A DNA stretch of 64,000 nt from NCBI GenBank assembly GCA_945947035.1, contig CAMEXD010000004.1, positions 2,362 to 66,361 on the forward strand. The letters are read 5' to 3'. Under the pieces are notes generated by a model, which was given only the letters and a program-made list of their open reading frames with translations, was not told where the DNA came from and searched no databases. This DNA comes from an uncultured Mycoplasma sp. (GTDB lineage: Bacteria; Bacillota_I; Bacilli_A; RF39; UBA660). Below, piece by piece: positions 28,161-38,645 of this stretch (positions are counted from its first letter, which is position 1; every line of letters starts with the position of its first letter). The position numbers and the translations under genes were made by a program.

Positions 28161-28902
28161 ATATAGTAAATTATTGTGTTTTGAAATTCCAGAGGGGATG
28201 CATAACACAGATAAAATATTTATAAAAGATGGTAAATTATTTAAAATATTTAGTGAAAATAGTTTTATTGAAGAAAAAGAAAGAAATATTGCATTCTTAA
28301 TGAATACAAAAATTCCATGTACACCATTAATTTATGATAAACTTTATTCTAATGGAGAATTTGTAGGATATATTATGGAGTACATTCCAAATGCTTTAAC
28401 ATTTAGACAAGCATTAAGTGAAGATATACCACATGATTTGAAAATAGCAGCGATAAGAGAGATTTATGTTGCTTTAAAATATTTTCATAGTGAAAATATA
28501 TATTTAGGAGATGTTCATTCTGATAATATGTTATTAACTGAATCTGGAAAGGGATATATTATTGATTTAGAAGAAGTAAGATTTCCAGGTGATGAATATA
28601 AGTTTAAACAATGCTATTTAATTTCTCCTAATAATAATTCAAATAGAATAAATGTGCCATCACAATATACCGATAATGTTAAAGTAATGATTTCATCTTT
28701 ATCTCTTTTATTAGGTAAAGATTTAGAAAAATATATATCAAAGCAAAAGCATGATATTAATTTAGAACAATTATTTAATGAAGTGATCATGCCTTTAAAC
28801 GATTCATATTTAAATGAATACTTTTATAAGTTAATGAACGAGGAATCTGTTCCTTATTTTTCGGATTATTATTTACCAGAATTAAATAAAATAAAAAAAT
28901 AA
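28129..28902 (+). CDS. protein-kinase-like/aminoglycoside-phosphotransferase-like fold protein
   Basis: HSDNMLL (catalytic loop H.DxxxxN-like) and IIDLEEV (DFG-equivalent). Confidence 0.4.
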   Translation: MRKIMEISKSEYSKLLCFEIPEGMHNTDKIFIKDGKLFKIFSENSFIEEKERNIAFLMNTKIPCTPLIYDKLYSNGEFVGYIMEYIPNALTFRQALSEDIPHDLKIAAIREIYVALKYFHSENIYLGDVHSDNMLLTESGKGYIIDLEEVRFPGDEYKFKQCYLISPNNNSNRINVPSQYTDNVKVMISSLSLLLGKDLEKYISKQKHDINLEQLFNEVIMPLNDSYLNEYFYKLMNEESVPYFSDYYLPELNKIKK

Positions 28903-29099
28903 TTAGTTTTACAACTAATTTTTTAATAGAAAAACTATTGAGAAATAAAACATTTTAATTCCCCAATAGCTTTCAGAAAGGAGTATGTAGCTCTAACTGT
29001 GGTTTTTAAAACTACTACTTTTTAATGAACTTTTTATAAAATTCATTATCAACATTATATCATCATATCAAAAAAAGTTAACGGAATTAGGATATTTTT

Positions 29100-29116
29100 A
29101 ATAATTCTTAATAAAT
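29100..29116. repeat. variant motif TAATAATTCTTAATAAA upstream of the PlsC gene 29182
   Basis: See 21492. Confidence 0.45.
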
Positions 29117-29181
29117 TATTTAAGGATTTATAAAAATTAAATAGTATCATAGTTTTATATTTAATCAATTTTATGTAAGAG

Positions 29182-29769
29182 GTGAAAATTTTGAAAGAAT
29201 CAGGATTATATAGATTTTCTAGACCTATTGTAAAAGCTTTTACTAATTTTTTTATTAGACCTAAATATGAAGGTTTGGAAAACATCCCAGAAAAAGGACG
29301 AATTGTTTTAGCAGGAACACATACACATAATTTAGATTGTTTTTTATTAATGAGTTCTACTAAAAGAAGTGTTCACTTTCTTGCAAAAGATGAATTGTGG
29401 AAAGGACCAAAAAAAATAATTTTTTCTAATATGGGATTAATACCTGTAAATAGGCGACAAAAAGATCCTAATTCATTACTAAAAGCAAAAGAGTATTTAG
29501 AAAATGAAGCAGTAATAGGCATTTTTCCAGAAGGTACTACTGAAAAAGAAAAAGGGAAACTATTACCATTTAAGATTGGCGCAGTGAAAATGGCAAGTGA
29601 TACAAATACAAAAATTATTCCATTTGCAATTAAAGGAAAATATAAATTATTTTCAAATAATTTAGCTATAAGATTTGGTAAACCCTATGATATAAAGTCA
29701 AAAGATTTAGATGAAGAAAATAACAAACTTAAAGATAAGGTTAGCAAGATTTTAACGGAGATGAATTAA
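29182..29769 (+). CDS. PlsC-family acyltransferase
   Basis: H(x)4D GTHTHNLDC and FPEGTT. The probable true start is TTG 29192 after RBS AGAGGTG. Confidence 0.7.
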   Translation: MKILKESGLYRFSRPIVKAFTNFFIRPKYEGLENIPEKGRIVLAGTHTHNLDCFLLMSSTKRSVHFLAKDELWKGPKKIIFSNMGLIPVNRRQKDPNSLLKAKEYLENEAVIGIFPEGTTEKEKGKLLPFKIGAVKMASDTNTKIIPFAIKGKYKLFSNNLAIRFGKPYDIKSKDLDEENNKLKDKVSKILTEMN

Positions 29770-31503
29770 ATGAGTATTTTTAATTTTTTTAGAAAAAAGA
29801 AAAAAATTGATGCACCCTGGATAAAATACTACAAAGAAGAAGATTTAAAATATAAAATTCCAGATATTAGTATTTACGAACAAGTAAAAATGTCAAAAGA
29901 AAAATATCCTAATAATGTTGCAGTTCAGTATATGGGAAGAAAAATTAATTATACTAAACTTATGAAAAAAATTGATATCGCAGCAAAAGGATTTAATGAT
30001 TTAGGCATTAAGAAAGGTGATATTGTTACGATATTGCTACCTAATGTTCCTGAAGTATTAATTAGCTTATATGCTCTTAATAAATTAGGTGCTATTGCTA
30101 ATATGACACATCCATTATCTGCAAAAGAAGAAATTAAAGAAACCATTAATTCAACTAAAAGTAAATATCTAATAATATATGATTCACAATATGATAAAAT
30201 AAAGAACTTTATAAAACAAACGGATGTAAAAAAAGTTATTTTTGTTAGCCCTGGTGATTCTCTTAATTTTATTAAAAATATTGTTTATGATATAAGTCAA
30301 TTAAATAAATTTGAACATCATCCAAAAGATTCTTTATATTTAGAATGGACAAAATTTATGTTTAAATCTAAACATAAAAAAGATATTGAATACACTAAAT
30401 TTGGAAAAAATACTCCTGCTGTTATATTACATTCTGGTGGAACAAGTGGAAAACCCAAAAATGTAGTTATTCAAAATAGAGCATTTATTTTTGCAGCAAA
30501 AGGTGAAGAAATAGATTTAATAAATTTAAATTGTGGAGATTCTGCTTTAGCGATAATGCCAAATTTTCATGGATTTGGATTAAGTGTTCTTATGCATACA
30601 CCTTTAGCATTGGGTTGTTCTACTATTTTAGTACCAAAATTTGATTCTAGAAAGTTTGATACTTTATTTAAAAAAACAAAACCTACATGTGTTTTAGGAG
30701 TTCCTACATTATTTGAAGCACTTATTAATTGTAATAATGAAAAAGATTTAGATTTATCTTTTTTGAAATATGTAATATGTGGAGGAGATTTATTACCTAA
30801 AAATTTAGAGGATAATGTTAACAAATACCTTAAAGAACACAATTCAAATGCTATTATTACACAAGGATATGGTTTATCAGAAGCACTTGCCTGTGTTACT
30901 ATGGCACATGACAATATTAATAAATCTGGTTCCGTTGGAATACCACTTGTAGGGAATTATATTAAAATAATAGATCCTGCAACTAGAAATAAACTGAAAC
31001 CAAATGAAACAGGAGAGATAGTTGTTAATAGTAAAGCATTAATGATGGGTTATCTAAATGAAGAAGCAGAAACCAATGAAGCATTGCAAATTCACCAAGA
31101 TGGTCATATCTGGTTACATACTGGCGATTTGGGATATATGGATGAAGATGGTTTTCTCTTTTACAAAGGTAGAATTAAAAGAATGATAATTACAAGTGGT
31201 TATAATGTTTATCCATCACACATTGAAGAAGTTATTGAAAAGCATCCTGCAGTTCTACAGTGTAGTGTTGTTGGAGTACCTCATCCATATAAGCAACAAG
31301 TACCCAAAGCATTTATAGTATTAAATGAAGGATTTCATGGATTTTTGATTAAAAATAATATTAAAGAATATTGTAAAAAAAATCTTGCTAAATATATGAT
31401 TCCAAGTGAAATTTTTATAAGAAAGAAATTACCAAAAACAAAACTTGGAAAGATAGATTTTAATACATTAATAAATGACAATGGAAGTGATGATGATGAA
31501 TAA
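29770..31503 (+). CDS. AMP-dependent synthetase/long-chain fatty-acid--CoA ligase
   Basis: AMP-binding motif LHSGGTSGKPKNV and the C-terminal GDLGYMDEDGFLFYKGRIKRMI block. Confidence 0.8.
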   Translation: MSIFNFFRKKKKIDAPWIKYYKEEDLKYKIPDISIYEQVKMSKEKYPNNVAVQYMGRKINYTKLMKKIDIAAKGFNDLGIKKGDIVTILLPNVPEVLISLYALNKLGAIANMTHPLSAKEEIKETINSTKSKYLIIYDSQYDKIKNFIKQTDVKKVIFVSPGDSLNFIKNIVYDISQLNKFEHHPKDSLYLEWTKFMFKSKHKKDIEYTKFGKNTPAVILHSGGTSGKPKNVVIQNRAFIFAAKGEEIDLINLNCGDSALAIMPNFHGFGLSVLMHTPLALGCSTILVPKFDSRKFDTLFKKTKPTCVLGVPTLFEALINCNNEKDLDLSFLKYVICGGDLLPKNLEDNVNKYLKEHNSNAIITQGYGLSEALACVTMAHDNINKSGSVGIPLVGNYIKIIDPATRNKLKPNETGEIVVNSKALMMGYLNEEAETNEALQIHQDGHIWLHTGDLGYMDEDGFLFYKGRIKRMIITSGYNVYPSHIEEVIEKHPAVLQCSVVGVPHPYKQQVPKAFIVLNEGFHGFLIKNNIKEYCKKNLAKYMIPSEIFIRKKLPKTKLGKIDFNTLINDNGSDDDE

Positions 31504-32104
31504 AAATGTTGATAAATTGCCATATATGTATTGGATTGGTAAATATATATTAGGTCCAATATTTAGATTCTATTATAATCCTAAAATAGTAGGGGCTGAA
31601 AATATTCCAGAAAATGGTTCAGTATTAATTGTTGGTAATCATAAACATTTATATGATCAAAATTCTATAATTATATCTACAAAAAGATTTGTTAGTTATA
31701 TGGCAAAAAAAGAATATTTTGATGATAAAAAAGTGGCATGGTTTTTTAAGGGTTCAGGATGCATCCCAGTTGATAGAAGTAAAAAAGATCCTAATGCAGT
31801 AAAGAAAGCAATTGATATATTAAACAATGGAGGAGCAATAGGTATATTTCCAGAAGGAACTAGAAATAAAACAAAAGAATTTTTATTACCATTTAAATTT
31901 GGAGCAGTGTCTATGGCAAAGAAAACTGATTCTTGGATAGTACCATTTGGAATAACAGGAGATTATAAATTTAGAAGTAAAAATTTAACTGTAAGATTTG
32001 GTAAACCATTTAAAGTCGATAATATGGAACTAGAAGAAGCAAATGAAAAATTATATAATGAGGTTAAAAATTTAATGCTTAAAAATTTAGAGGATACAAG
32101 ATAA
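31475..32104 (+). CDS. PlsC-family acyltransferase (start probably at one of the internal Met 31493-31499)
   Basis: VGNHKHLYDQ (H(x)4D) and FPEGTR. Confidence 0.7.
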   Translation: MTMEVMMMNKNVDKLPYMYWIGKYILGPIFRFYYNPKIVGAENIPENGSVLIVGNHKHLYDQNSIIISTKRFVSYMAKKEYFDDKKVAWFFKGSGCIPVDRSKKDPNAVKKAIDILNNGGAIGIFPEGTRNKTKEFLLPFKFGAVSMAKKTDSWIVPFGITGDYKFRSKNLTVRFGKPFKVDNMELEEANEKLYNEVKNLMLKNLEDTR

Positions 32105-32106
32105 TA

Positions 32107-32137
32107 TTTGTAATGAAAATTACAGGTATTATTTTTT
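32107..32137 (+). terminator. weak terminator hairpin TGTAAT-GAAA-ATTACA followed by a T-rich run
   Basis: 6-bp stem, T6 run begins 8 nt downstream. Confidence 0.35.
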
Positions 32138-32156
32138 AATAATTTTTAATAATTTA
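32132..32156. repeat. intergenic motif copy: TTTTTTAATAATTTTTAATAATTTA
   Basis: Exact 25-nt match. Follows a terminator-like hairpin, precedes the csp/gtrA/two-component operon. Confidence 0.6.
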
Positions 32157-32239
32157 TGGATTTTTTCTTAATAATTAAATTGTATTATGTAATTGTAATA
32201 GTTTTTAAATTACTAATAATTATGTGAAGGAGTATTATA

Positions 32240-32488
32240 ATGCGAGGTAGAGTAAAAAAATTTGATAATAAATTAGGTTATGGTTTTATAAAATCAAGAG
32301 AATTTGATAGTGATATTTTTGTTCACTATTCTGAAATACAAGAAGATGGTTATAAAACATTAGAAAGAGGAGAAGTTGTAGATTTTGATTTTGACAAAGA
32401 TTTAATAAAAGCTACAAATGTCAGAAAAATATATAATAGTAACTATAAAAAACCAAAAAGGTATAACGAGTTTCAATTTAATCATTAA
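32240..32488 (+). CDS. cold-shock-domain protein
   Basis: GRVKKFDNKLGYGFIKS...DIFVHYSEIQEDGYKTLERGEVVDFDF is the CspA-type RNP motif pattern. Confidence 0.7.
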   Translation: MRGRVKKFDNKLGYGFIKSREFDSDIFVHYSEIQEDGYKTLERGEVVDFDFDKDLIKATNVRKIYNSNYKKPKRYNEFQFNH

Positions 32489-32530
32489 TAATAAATAGTA
32501 AAAAAGTTGTTGATATTTTGAGGATAAATT

Positions 32531-32962
32531 ATGGACGATATCAAAAAAATCTATGAGAACAACAAACAATTTATAAAATATAGTATAGTTTCTATGTTTT
32601 GTACAGTCATTCTATATTTTCTATATTTTTTAATTACATGGTTAACAAATGGAAGATATATAATAGCTAATTTAATTGCGTATATTGTTTCATTTTCTGT
32701 ATTATTTATTTTAGATCAAAAATTATTTAATTCAAAACCAGATAATAAAAAAGATACTATAAAACAATTAAGTGCATTTGTAATATTTAGAGTAATAGGA
32801 TTTACCATCGATTCATCTTTACTAGTATTATTTATAGAAAAAATGGGGCTAATAAATGCAATCGCTAAAATATCTAGTTCTCTAATAACATTTTTATTTA
32901 ATTATATTGTTAATAATTTATTTGTTTTTAAAAAAAGATATGAATTAATCATTTATAGATAA
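32531..32962 (+). CDS. GtrA-family membrane protein
   Basis: Four TM helices. C-terminal FLFNYIVNNLFVFKKR is typical of GtrA. Confidence 0.6.
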   Translation: MDDIKKIYENNKQFIKYSIVSMFCTVILYFLYFLITWLTNGRYIIANLIAYIVSFSVLFILDQKLFNSKPDNKKDTIKQLSAFVIFRVIGFTIDSSLLVLFIEKMGLINAIAKISSSLITFLFNYIVNNLFVFKKRYELIIYR

Positions 32963-33010
32963 AAATGCTGGAATAAATGATATAATTATATAAGTTGAAA
33001 GGAGCAATTT

Positions 33011-33697
33011 ATGAAAAGAGTTTTAATCGTTGATGATGAAGTTGATATTTCAGAATTAATTTCTCTTATTTTAAAAAAAGAGGGAATCGATTCAAAAATA
33101 ATCAATAATCCACTTGAAGTTCCTGAATTAGTAAAAAAAGAAAAATTTGATTTAATATTATTAGATATAATGATGCCTGAATTATCTGGAACAGAACTTT
33201 GTTCAAAAATAAGGTATAATGTAGATGCTCCAATTATATTTATATCTGCGAAAAGTGAATTAATCGATAAAATGCTTGGATATGAAATAGGTGGAGATGA
33301 TTACATCACCAAACCTTTTGATAATACAGAATTACTTTTAAAAGTAAAATCACATTTAAGATTAAATCAAAGAACAAAACAAAATAATACCAGTGGCAAT
33401 TTATTAATAATAAATGATCTAGTATTAAATAAGGATAGCTTTGTAGTAAAACAAGGTGACAATAAATTAGAACTTACTACAAGAGAATTTGAATTATTAA
33501 GATATTTAATGGAAAATGCAGGAATTGCTTTATCTAAAGAACAAATTTTTGAGGCAGTATGGGGAAGCGAATATGGTGATATTGGAACAGTCGCAGTCAA
33601 TATTAAAAGTTTACGAGATAAATTACACGATGATGATAAATATATTTTAACTATTTGGGGATATGGTTATAAATTTTTGAGGAATAATAATGAATAA
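33011..33697 (+). CDS. OmpR-family two-component response regulator
   Basis: Receiver domain (VLIVDDEVDI...LLDIMMP) plus winged-helix C-terminal domain (LTTREFELLRYLMENAG...YGYKF). Confidence 0.8.
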   Translation: MKRVLIVDDEVDISELISLILKKEGIDSKIINNPLEVPELVKKEKFDLILLDIMMPELSGTELCSKIRYNVDAPIIFISAKSELIDKMLGYEIGGDDYITKPFDNTELLLKVKSHLRLNQRTKQNNTSGNLLIINDLVLNKDSFVVKQGDNKLELTTREFELLRYLMENAGIALSKEQIFEAVWGSEYGDIGTVAVNIKSLRDKLHDDDKYILTIWGYGYKFLRNNNE

Positions 33698-34952
33698 GCA
33701 AAAACTTGGCAAAAGATATGTAAGAGCAATTATATTATGTTTTTTAATCAATTTCTTTATATTATGTGGTTGGTTCTTAATTAGAATTAAACCGTTAATC
33801 CCTAGACTTCAGCATTTTAAGGAAGAAGTTTTTACTGAAGAAATAAAAAAGTATTATGAATCCTATAATGATTTAATAAATGATATTAATAAGACATCGT
33901 CAAATCACAATACTTTAATTAATGTTGAAGATATTAATGGTAATATAATTACTGAAAATAAAAAAGAAAATGGAGATATTCCACTTGTTTCTGAAATGAT
34001 AAAGGTTAAAGAAGATGTATATTTAATAGAAATATATTTTGATAATTATGCCAGTATCACAAAAATAGTAATAGAATTATTAGCTCTGCAATCGGTATTA
34101 ATAATTTTAATTTTACTTATTACAGCTTTATATACTAGAGAAATAGTTTTAAAACCAATTAATAGATTAATTGAAGAAATAAGAGATTATAAATTTGGTA
34201 AAAAGCCAAAAAAGAGAGAATTAAATACTGAGTTTGATTTAATTTCAAATGAATTTTCAAATTTAACTGATTTACTTGATGAAGAGAAAGCGGAACAAAC
34301 AAGAATAATAGCAAGCATATCTCATGATATTAAAACACCATTAACTTCCATAATTGGATATTCTGATTTACTTAAAGAACAAAATCTTAATGAAGAAGCA
34401 AAAAAATATAATGAAAAAATAAATTCTAAAGCTCTTAATATAAAAGAACTATTATCAACTTTCGATGACTATTTATTAAATCAGGAAAAAATAGAATTAA
34501 ATAGAAGTCTAGTCCAAATCAAAGATATTGTGAATCAATTGAATAATGATTATAAAATAGAACTAGAAAATAATAATATTGAATTTTTAATTACCACAAA
34601 GATACCAGAAAAGTATATTAGTATTGATATTTTGAAAATGAAAAGAGTCGTTTCAAATATGGTTTCTAATAGCACGAGATATTTGAAAAATGGTGGTAAA
34701 ATAATGATTGATATTTCAGAAGAAGGTAAATTTTATAAGTTTGTAATAAAAGATAATGGACCTGGTGTAAATGAAAAAATAATTAATAAAATATTTGATC
34801 CATTATTTACAACAGATTCATCAAGAAAAATATCAGGATTAGGTTTATCAATTTGTAAAGAATTTATTGAAATGCATGGTGGAAAAATTAATGCTTATAA
34901 TGATAAAGGATTAGTTATTGAATTTACCATACCAAAAGGAAATAGTAAGTAA
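33690..34952 (+). CDS. sensor histidine kinase
   Basis: Two TM helices. H-box ISHDIKTPLTSIIGYSDLL. ATP-lid DNGPGV/GLGLSICK. Confidence 0.8.
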   Translation: MNKQKLGKRYVRAIILCFLINFFILCGWFLIRIKPLIPRLQHFKEEVFTEEIKKYYESYNDLINDINKTSSNHNTLINVEDINGNIITENKKENGDIPLVSEMIKVKEDVYLIEIYFDNYASITKIVIELLALQSVLIILILLITALYTREIVLKPINRLIEEIRDYKFGKKPKKRELNTEFDLISNEFSNLTDLLDEEKAEQTRIIASISHDIKTPLTSIIGYSDLLKEQNLNEEAKKYNEKINSKALNIKELLSTFDDYLLNQEKIELNRSLVQIKDIVNQLNNDYKIELENNNIEFLITTKIPEKYISIDILKMKRVVSNMVSNSTRYLKNGGKIMIDISEEGKFYKFVIKDNGPGVNEKIINKIFDPLFTTDSSRKISGLGLSICKEFIEMHGGKINAYNDKGLVIEFTIPKGNSK

Positions 34953-34967
34953 GCTATTTCTTTTTTT
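34937..34967 (+). terminator. rho-independent terminator overlapping the histidine-kinase stop
   Basis: GAAATAG-TAAGTAAG-CTATTTC plus a seven-T run. Confidence 0.6.
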
Positions 34968-34986
34968 AATTATTTTTAATAATTTA
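34961..34986. repeat. intergenic motif copy (1 substitution): TTTTTTTAATTATTTTTAATAATTTA
   Basis: Follows the histidine-kinase terminator, precedes the second acyl-CoA ligase. Confidence 0.5.
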
Positions 34987-35058
34987 GTAATTAAAAAATA
35001 ATAATTTGTTCTTAAAATTAATATTGTCAATTAATTAATTTTGTCAAAGAGGAATGTT

Positions 35059-36759
35059 ATGAGAAGAAAAAAAGAAAATAGAAAATGGATAAATCAATAT
35101 AATGATTCTAGAGCAAATTTAGAGTACCCAAGTGGAAGCATGGTGGATGCTTTGATGTCAGTAGCAAGAAAATATCCAGAGTATTATGCTTATGAATACT
35201 TTGGTAAAAAAGTAACATATCGTGAATTTGTTAAACATATAGAGATTGTGGCAAAGTCTTTAAAAAATTACGGTGTAGATAAAGATGATAGAATTACAAT
35301 TTGTATGCCAACAACGCCTGAAGCAATATGTATGGTATATGCAATAAATTTGATTGGTGCAGTTGCAAATATAATTCATCCATTATCTAGCGAAAAAGAA
35401 ATTGAAAATTATGTTAATCAAGCTGATTCAAGATTCATGTTAACATTTGATGGGACATTAGAAAAAATCTTGAGAATTAAAAGAAATACTAATCTTCAGA
35501 AAATCATTGTGGCAAAACCAGACACTTCGTTGCCACCATTAAAACATTACTTATATAAAGTAACGAATTTCAAAAAGAAAGTAAAAATTCCAAAAGATGA
35601 TGATATTGTGCCTTGGAATACTTTTGTTGGAAGTGCAAATAACTTTGTAGGTATTTGTCATGAGCCAAGAAAATCAGATGATTTAGCAGTAATTCTTTAT
35701 AGTGGAGGTACAACAGGAACTCCCAAAGGTATTATGTTATCAAATTTGAATTTTAATGCTATAGCACTAGGAGCTCATGAATTAATCAAGCAAACATTAC
35801 CTGGAAATTCAGTATTATCATTATTGCCAATTTTTCATGGCTTTGGGTTAGCAGTTTGCATTCATACTCCGTTGTTATGTGGAATGAAATGTATTTTATT
35901 ACCAAAATTCAATTCAAAAAAATTCGGTGGAATTATTAAACAAACAAAGCCAAACTTTTTAGTTGGAGTTCCTACATTATTTGAGGCATTGCTAAAGCAG
36001 AAATTAAATAAAAACGACTTAGAATGTATAGAGGCAGTTATTTCTGGTGGAGATGTATTAACTCCTGAATTAAAAAAGAAAGTTGATAATTATTTATATG
36101 AACATGGTTCTTATGCAACTATTAGACCAGGATATGGTTTGACTGAGGCAACTGCTGCAACATGTTTATCTAATGAGGATAAATATGTTGAAGGTGGTAT
36201 AGGTATTCCTTTTCCAGATTGTTATTTTAAGATTGTAAAAATAAATACCCACGAAGAAGCAGAAATTAACGAAGATGGTGAAATATGTATAAGTGGACCA
36301 ACAGTTATGATGGGATATTTAAATAATGATGTAGAAACAAATCAAACATTAAAATATCATAAAGATGGAAAATTATGGCTACATACTGGAGATGTAGGTT
36401 GTATGACTGAAGATGGAACTATTATTTTTAAACAAAGAGTAAAAAGAATTATAGTATCTAGTGGATACAATATATATCCTTCTTATGTAGAGAATATTAT
36501 TTCAAGTCATAAAGATGTACTTGCTTGTACTGTAATTGGAGTACCTCACCCATATAAAGGTCAAGTTGCTAAAGCTTATATTGTGTTAAAAGATGGAGTA
36601 GAAGAAAATAGCAAAATAAGAAAAGAAATTCAAGAATTATGCCTAAAAAATGTTAGTAAATATTCATTGCCAGCAGAATATGAATATCGCAAACAACTAC
36701 CAAAAACATCTGTTGGGAAAATAGCAGTTAATGAATTAGAGAAAGAAAATGAAGGGTAG
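35059..36759 (+). CDS. AMP-dependent synthetase/acyl-CoA ligase (paralog of 29770..31503)
   Basis: RBS AGAGGA then ATG 35059. LYSGGTTGTPKGIM AMP-binding motif. Confidence 0.8.
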   Translation: MRRKKENRKWINQYNDSRANLEYPSGSMVDALMSVARKYPEYYAYEYFGKKVTYREFVKHIEIVAKSLKNYGVDKDDRITICMPTTPEAICMVYAINLIGAVANIIHPLSSEKEIENYVNQADSRFMLTFDGTLEKILRIKRNTNLQKIIVAKPDTSLPPLKHYLYKVTNFKKKVKIPKDDDIVPWNTFVGSANNFVGICHEPRKSDDLAVILYSGGTTGTPKGIMLSNLNFNAIALGAHELIKQTLPGNSVLSLLPIFHGFGLAVCIHTPLLCGMKCILLPKFNSKKFGGIIKQTKPNFLVGVPTLFEALLKQKLNKNDLECIEAVISGGDVLTPELKKKVDNYLYEHGSYATIRPGYGLTEATAATCLSNEDKYVEGGIGIPFPDCYFKIVKINTHEEAEINEDGEICISGPTVMMGYLNNDVETNQTLKYHKDGKLWLHTGDVGCMTEDGTIIFKQRVKRIIVSSGYNIYPSYVENIISSHKDVLACTVIGVPHPYKGQVAKAYIVLKDGVEENSKIRKEIQELCLKNVSKYSLPAEYEYRKQLPKTSVGKIAVNELEKENEG

Positions 36760-36765
36760 TGTATT

Positions 36766-37644
36766 ATGGCAAATGTAAAAATAGGCATAATTGATGTTGG
36801 TGGAGGAATGAAGGGTATATATGGTGCAGGTATATTTGATTATTTAATAGACAATAATGTTGAGATTCCATATTGTATTGGTGTATCAGCAGGATCTGCA
36901 AATATTGTTTCTTATTTGTCAAAACAAAGTAGAAGAAATAAAAAATATTACCAAGAATATAGTTTTGAAAAAGACTATATGAGTATTCATAACTATTTGC
37001 GTAAAGGTTCATTTTTAGATTTAGATTATATTTATGGTGGTCTTTCAAATGAAGGTGGCAAATATCCATGGGATTATGATGCTGCTATGTCAAATAGTGC
37101 GGAAATGGTTGTAGTAGCAACTGATGCTAAAACAGGAAAGGCAGTATATTTCAATAAAAATGATTTTGCGAAAAATGATTATGGAATGTTAAAAGCTTCT
37201 TCTTGTATTCCAATTGTATGCAAACCATATAATTGGAAAGGTAAAGAATATTTTGATGGTGGAATAAGTGATCCTATTCCTATTAAAAAAGCATTTAAAG
37301 ATGGTTGTACCCATGTAATTGTTATATTAACTAGACCAATAGATTACCGTAAAAAAACAGAACATGAAAGATTCTTTAAAAGATTAAGAAAAAAATACCC
37401 TAAAATAGAAGAAAAATTATATACAAGGTGTGATTTATATAATAATCAATTAGAAGAAACTTTAGAAAAATATGTTAAAAATGGTAAAGCATTTGTAATT
37501 GGCCCAGATGATGTCTGTAATGTTGATACTCTAAAAAGAAAAAAAAGTAATTTAGAAAAACTCTATAAAAAAGGATATCAAGATGGTAAAGAAATTGAAA
37601 AATATATTAATTTAATTAAAAAAAATAAAAATAATAATTCTTAA
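36766..37644 (+). CDS. patatin-like phospholipase
   Basis: GGGMKGIYGAGIFDYL (oxyanion GGxxG), GVSAGS (GxSxG nucleophile) and FDGGISDP (catalytic Asp). Confidence 0.8.
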   Translation: MANVKIGIIDVGGGMKGIYGAGIFDYLIDNNVEIPYCIGVSAGSANIVSYLSKQSRRNKKYYQEYSFEKDYMSIHNYLRKGSFLDLDYIYGGLSNEGGKYPWDYDAAMSNSAEMVVVATDAKTGKAVYFNKNDFAKNDYGMLKASSCIPIVCKPYNWKGKEYFDGGISDPIPIKKAFKDGCTHVIVILTRPIDYRKKTEHERFFKRLRKKYPKIEEKLYTRCDLYNNQLEETLEKYVKNGKAFVIGPDDVCNVDTLKRKKSNLEKLYKKGYQDGKEIEKYINLIKKNKNNNS

Positions 37645-37703
37645 TTATTTAATCATAAATTAATAAGAATTATTTTATAAAATGTATATTGAGGTGAAGG
37701 AAT

Positions 37704-37943
37704 ATGAAGATAAAAATAATTGGAGGTAATTCTAGTAATAGAATGAAATTGCAAAAAAATGTAATGAAGGTAGTAGAAAGTTTAGAAAAAAACATAGATG
37801 TAGAAATCTTGGATAGTGAAAAAGAAATAAGCAAATATAGTGTTACAAATACTCCTGGACTTGTTATTAATGAAAAACTTGTTAGTCAAGGCAAAGTAAT
37901 AAATGAAAAAGAAATAAAGAATTTTATTAGAATTCTTGGTTAG
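37704..37943 (+). CDS. thioredoxin-fold (Thioredoxin_3-like) small protein lacking the CxxC redox motif
   Basis: KIKIIGGNSSNRMKLQ...VTNTPGLVINEKLVSQGKV aligns to the small CxxC thioredoxin_3 family, but the Cys pair is replaced by N-S-S-N. Confidence 0.4.
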   Translation: MKIKIIGGNSSNRMKLQKNVMKVVESLEKNIDVEILDSEKEISKYSVTNTPGLVINEKLVSQGKVINEKEIKNFIRILG

Positions 37944-37958
37944 TTCTGGGGTATTAAT

Positions 37959-38642
37959 ATGGATTACTATTTTGTTAGTTATGGCTTAACAATAATATCA
38001 TTAATTATTACTTTGGCTGCTCAAGCATTTGTATCAAGTTCTTATAGTAAATACTCAAAAGTCAAAAACGCAAGAGGAATAACAGGGAAAGATGTTGCAA
38101 GATATTTATTAGATAAATATGGTCTATCTAATATTCGAGTTGTAGAAACAAATGGATATTTAACAGACCATTATGATCCAACTAATAAAGTTATTAAGTT
38201 ATCAAAGAATGTTTACAGGGATTCAACAATTGCTTCTGTGTCTGTTGCAGCTCATGAATGTGGTCATGCAATTCAAGACAAAGAAAACTATATGTTTTTA
38301 CGAATTAGAAGTGCTTTAGTCCCTATTGTAAATTTTTCATCACATGCAGGATATTTTGCAATCTTATTAGGTTGTATTTTTGGTTCTTTAAATCTAATAT
38401 GGATAGGTATAATTGCTGAAATGGTAATATTACTATTTCAAATAATTACTTTACCAGTTGAAATTGATGCTAGTAAGAGAGCATTAAAAGAATTAGATCA
38501 CATTCATTTTTTTAATAGTAATGAATTGGCAGAGAGTAAAACAATGTTGACAGCTGCAGCTCTTACTTATGTGGCAAGTATTGTTACTACTTTAATTCAA
38601 GTTTTAAGATTAATATTTATGTTTGGAAATAGACGAGATTAA
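37959..38642 (+). CDS. membrane-bound zinc metallopeptidase (Zn_peptidase_2/YpuA-like family)
   Basis: HExxH in AAHECGHAIQ. N- and C-terminal TM helices. Confidence 0.65.
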   Translation: MDYYFVSYGLTIISLIITLAAQAFVSSSYSKYSKVKNARGITGKDVARYLLDKYGLSNIRVVETNGYLTDHYDPTNKVIKLSKNVYRDSTIASVSVAAHECGHAIQDKENYMFLRIRSALVPIVNFSSHAGYFAILLGCIFGSLNLIWIGIIAEMVILLFQIITLPVEIDASKRALKELDHIHFFNSNELAESKTMLTAAALTYVASIVTTLIQVLRLIFMFGNRRD

Positions 38643-38645
38643 TAG

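Noticed and set aside
29055-31559. ORFs 29055..29285-, 29949..30146-, 30567..30914-, 31335..31559-
   Set aside because: Antisense to the PlsC and acyl-CoA ligase genes, which have clear catalytic motifs.
36764-37069. ORF 36764..37069- antisense to patatin gene
   Set aside because: The patatin frame carries GGxxG and GxSxG motifs. The antisense ORF is His/Leu/Gln-rich low complexity.
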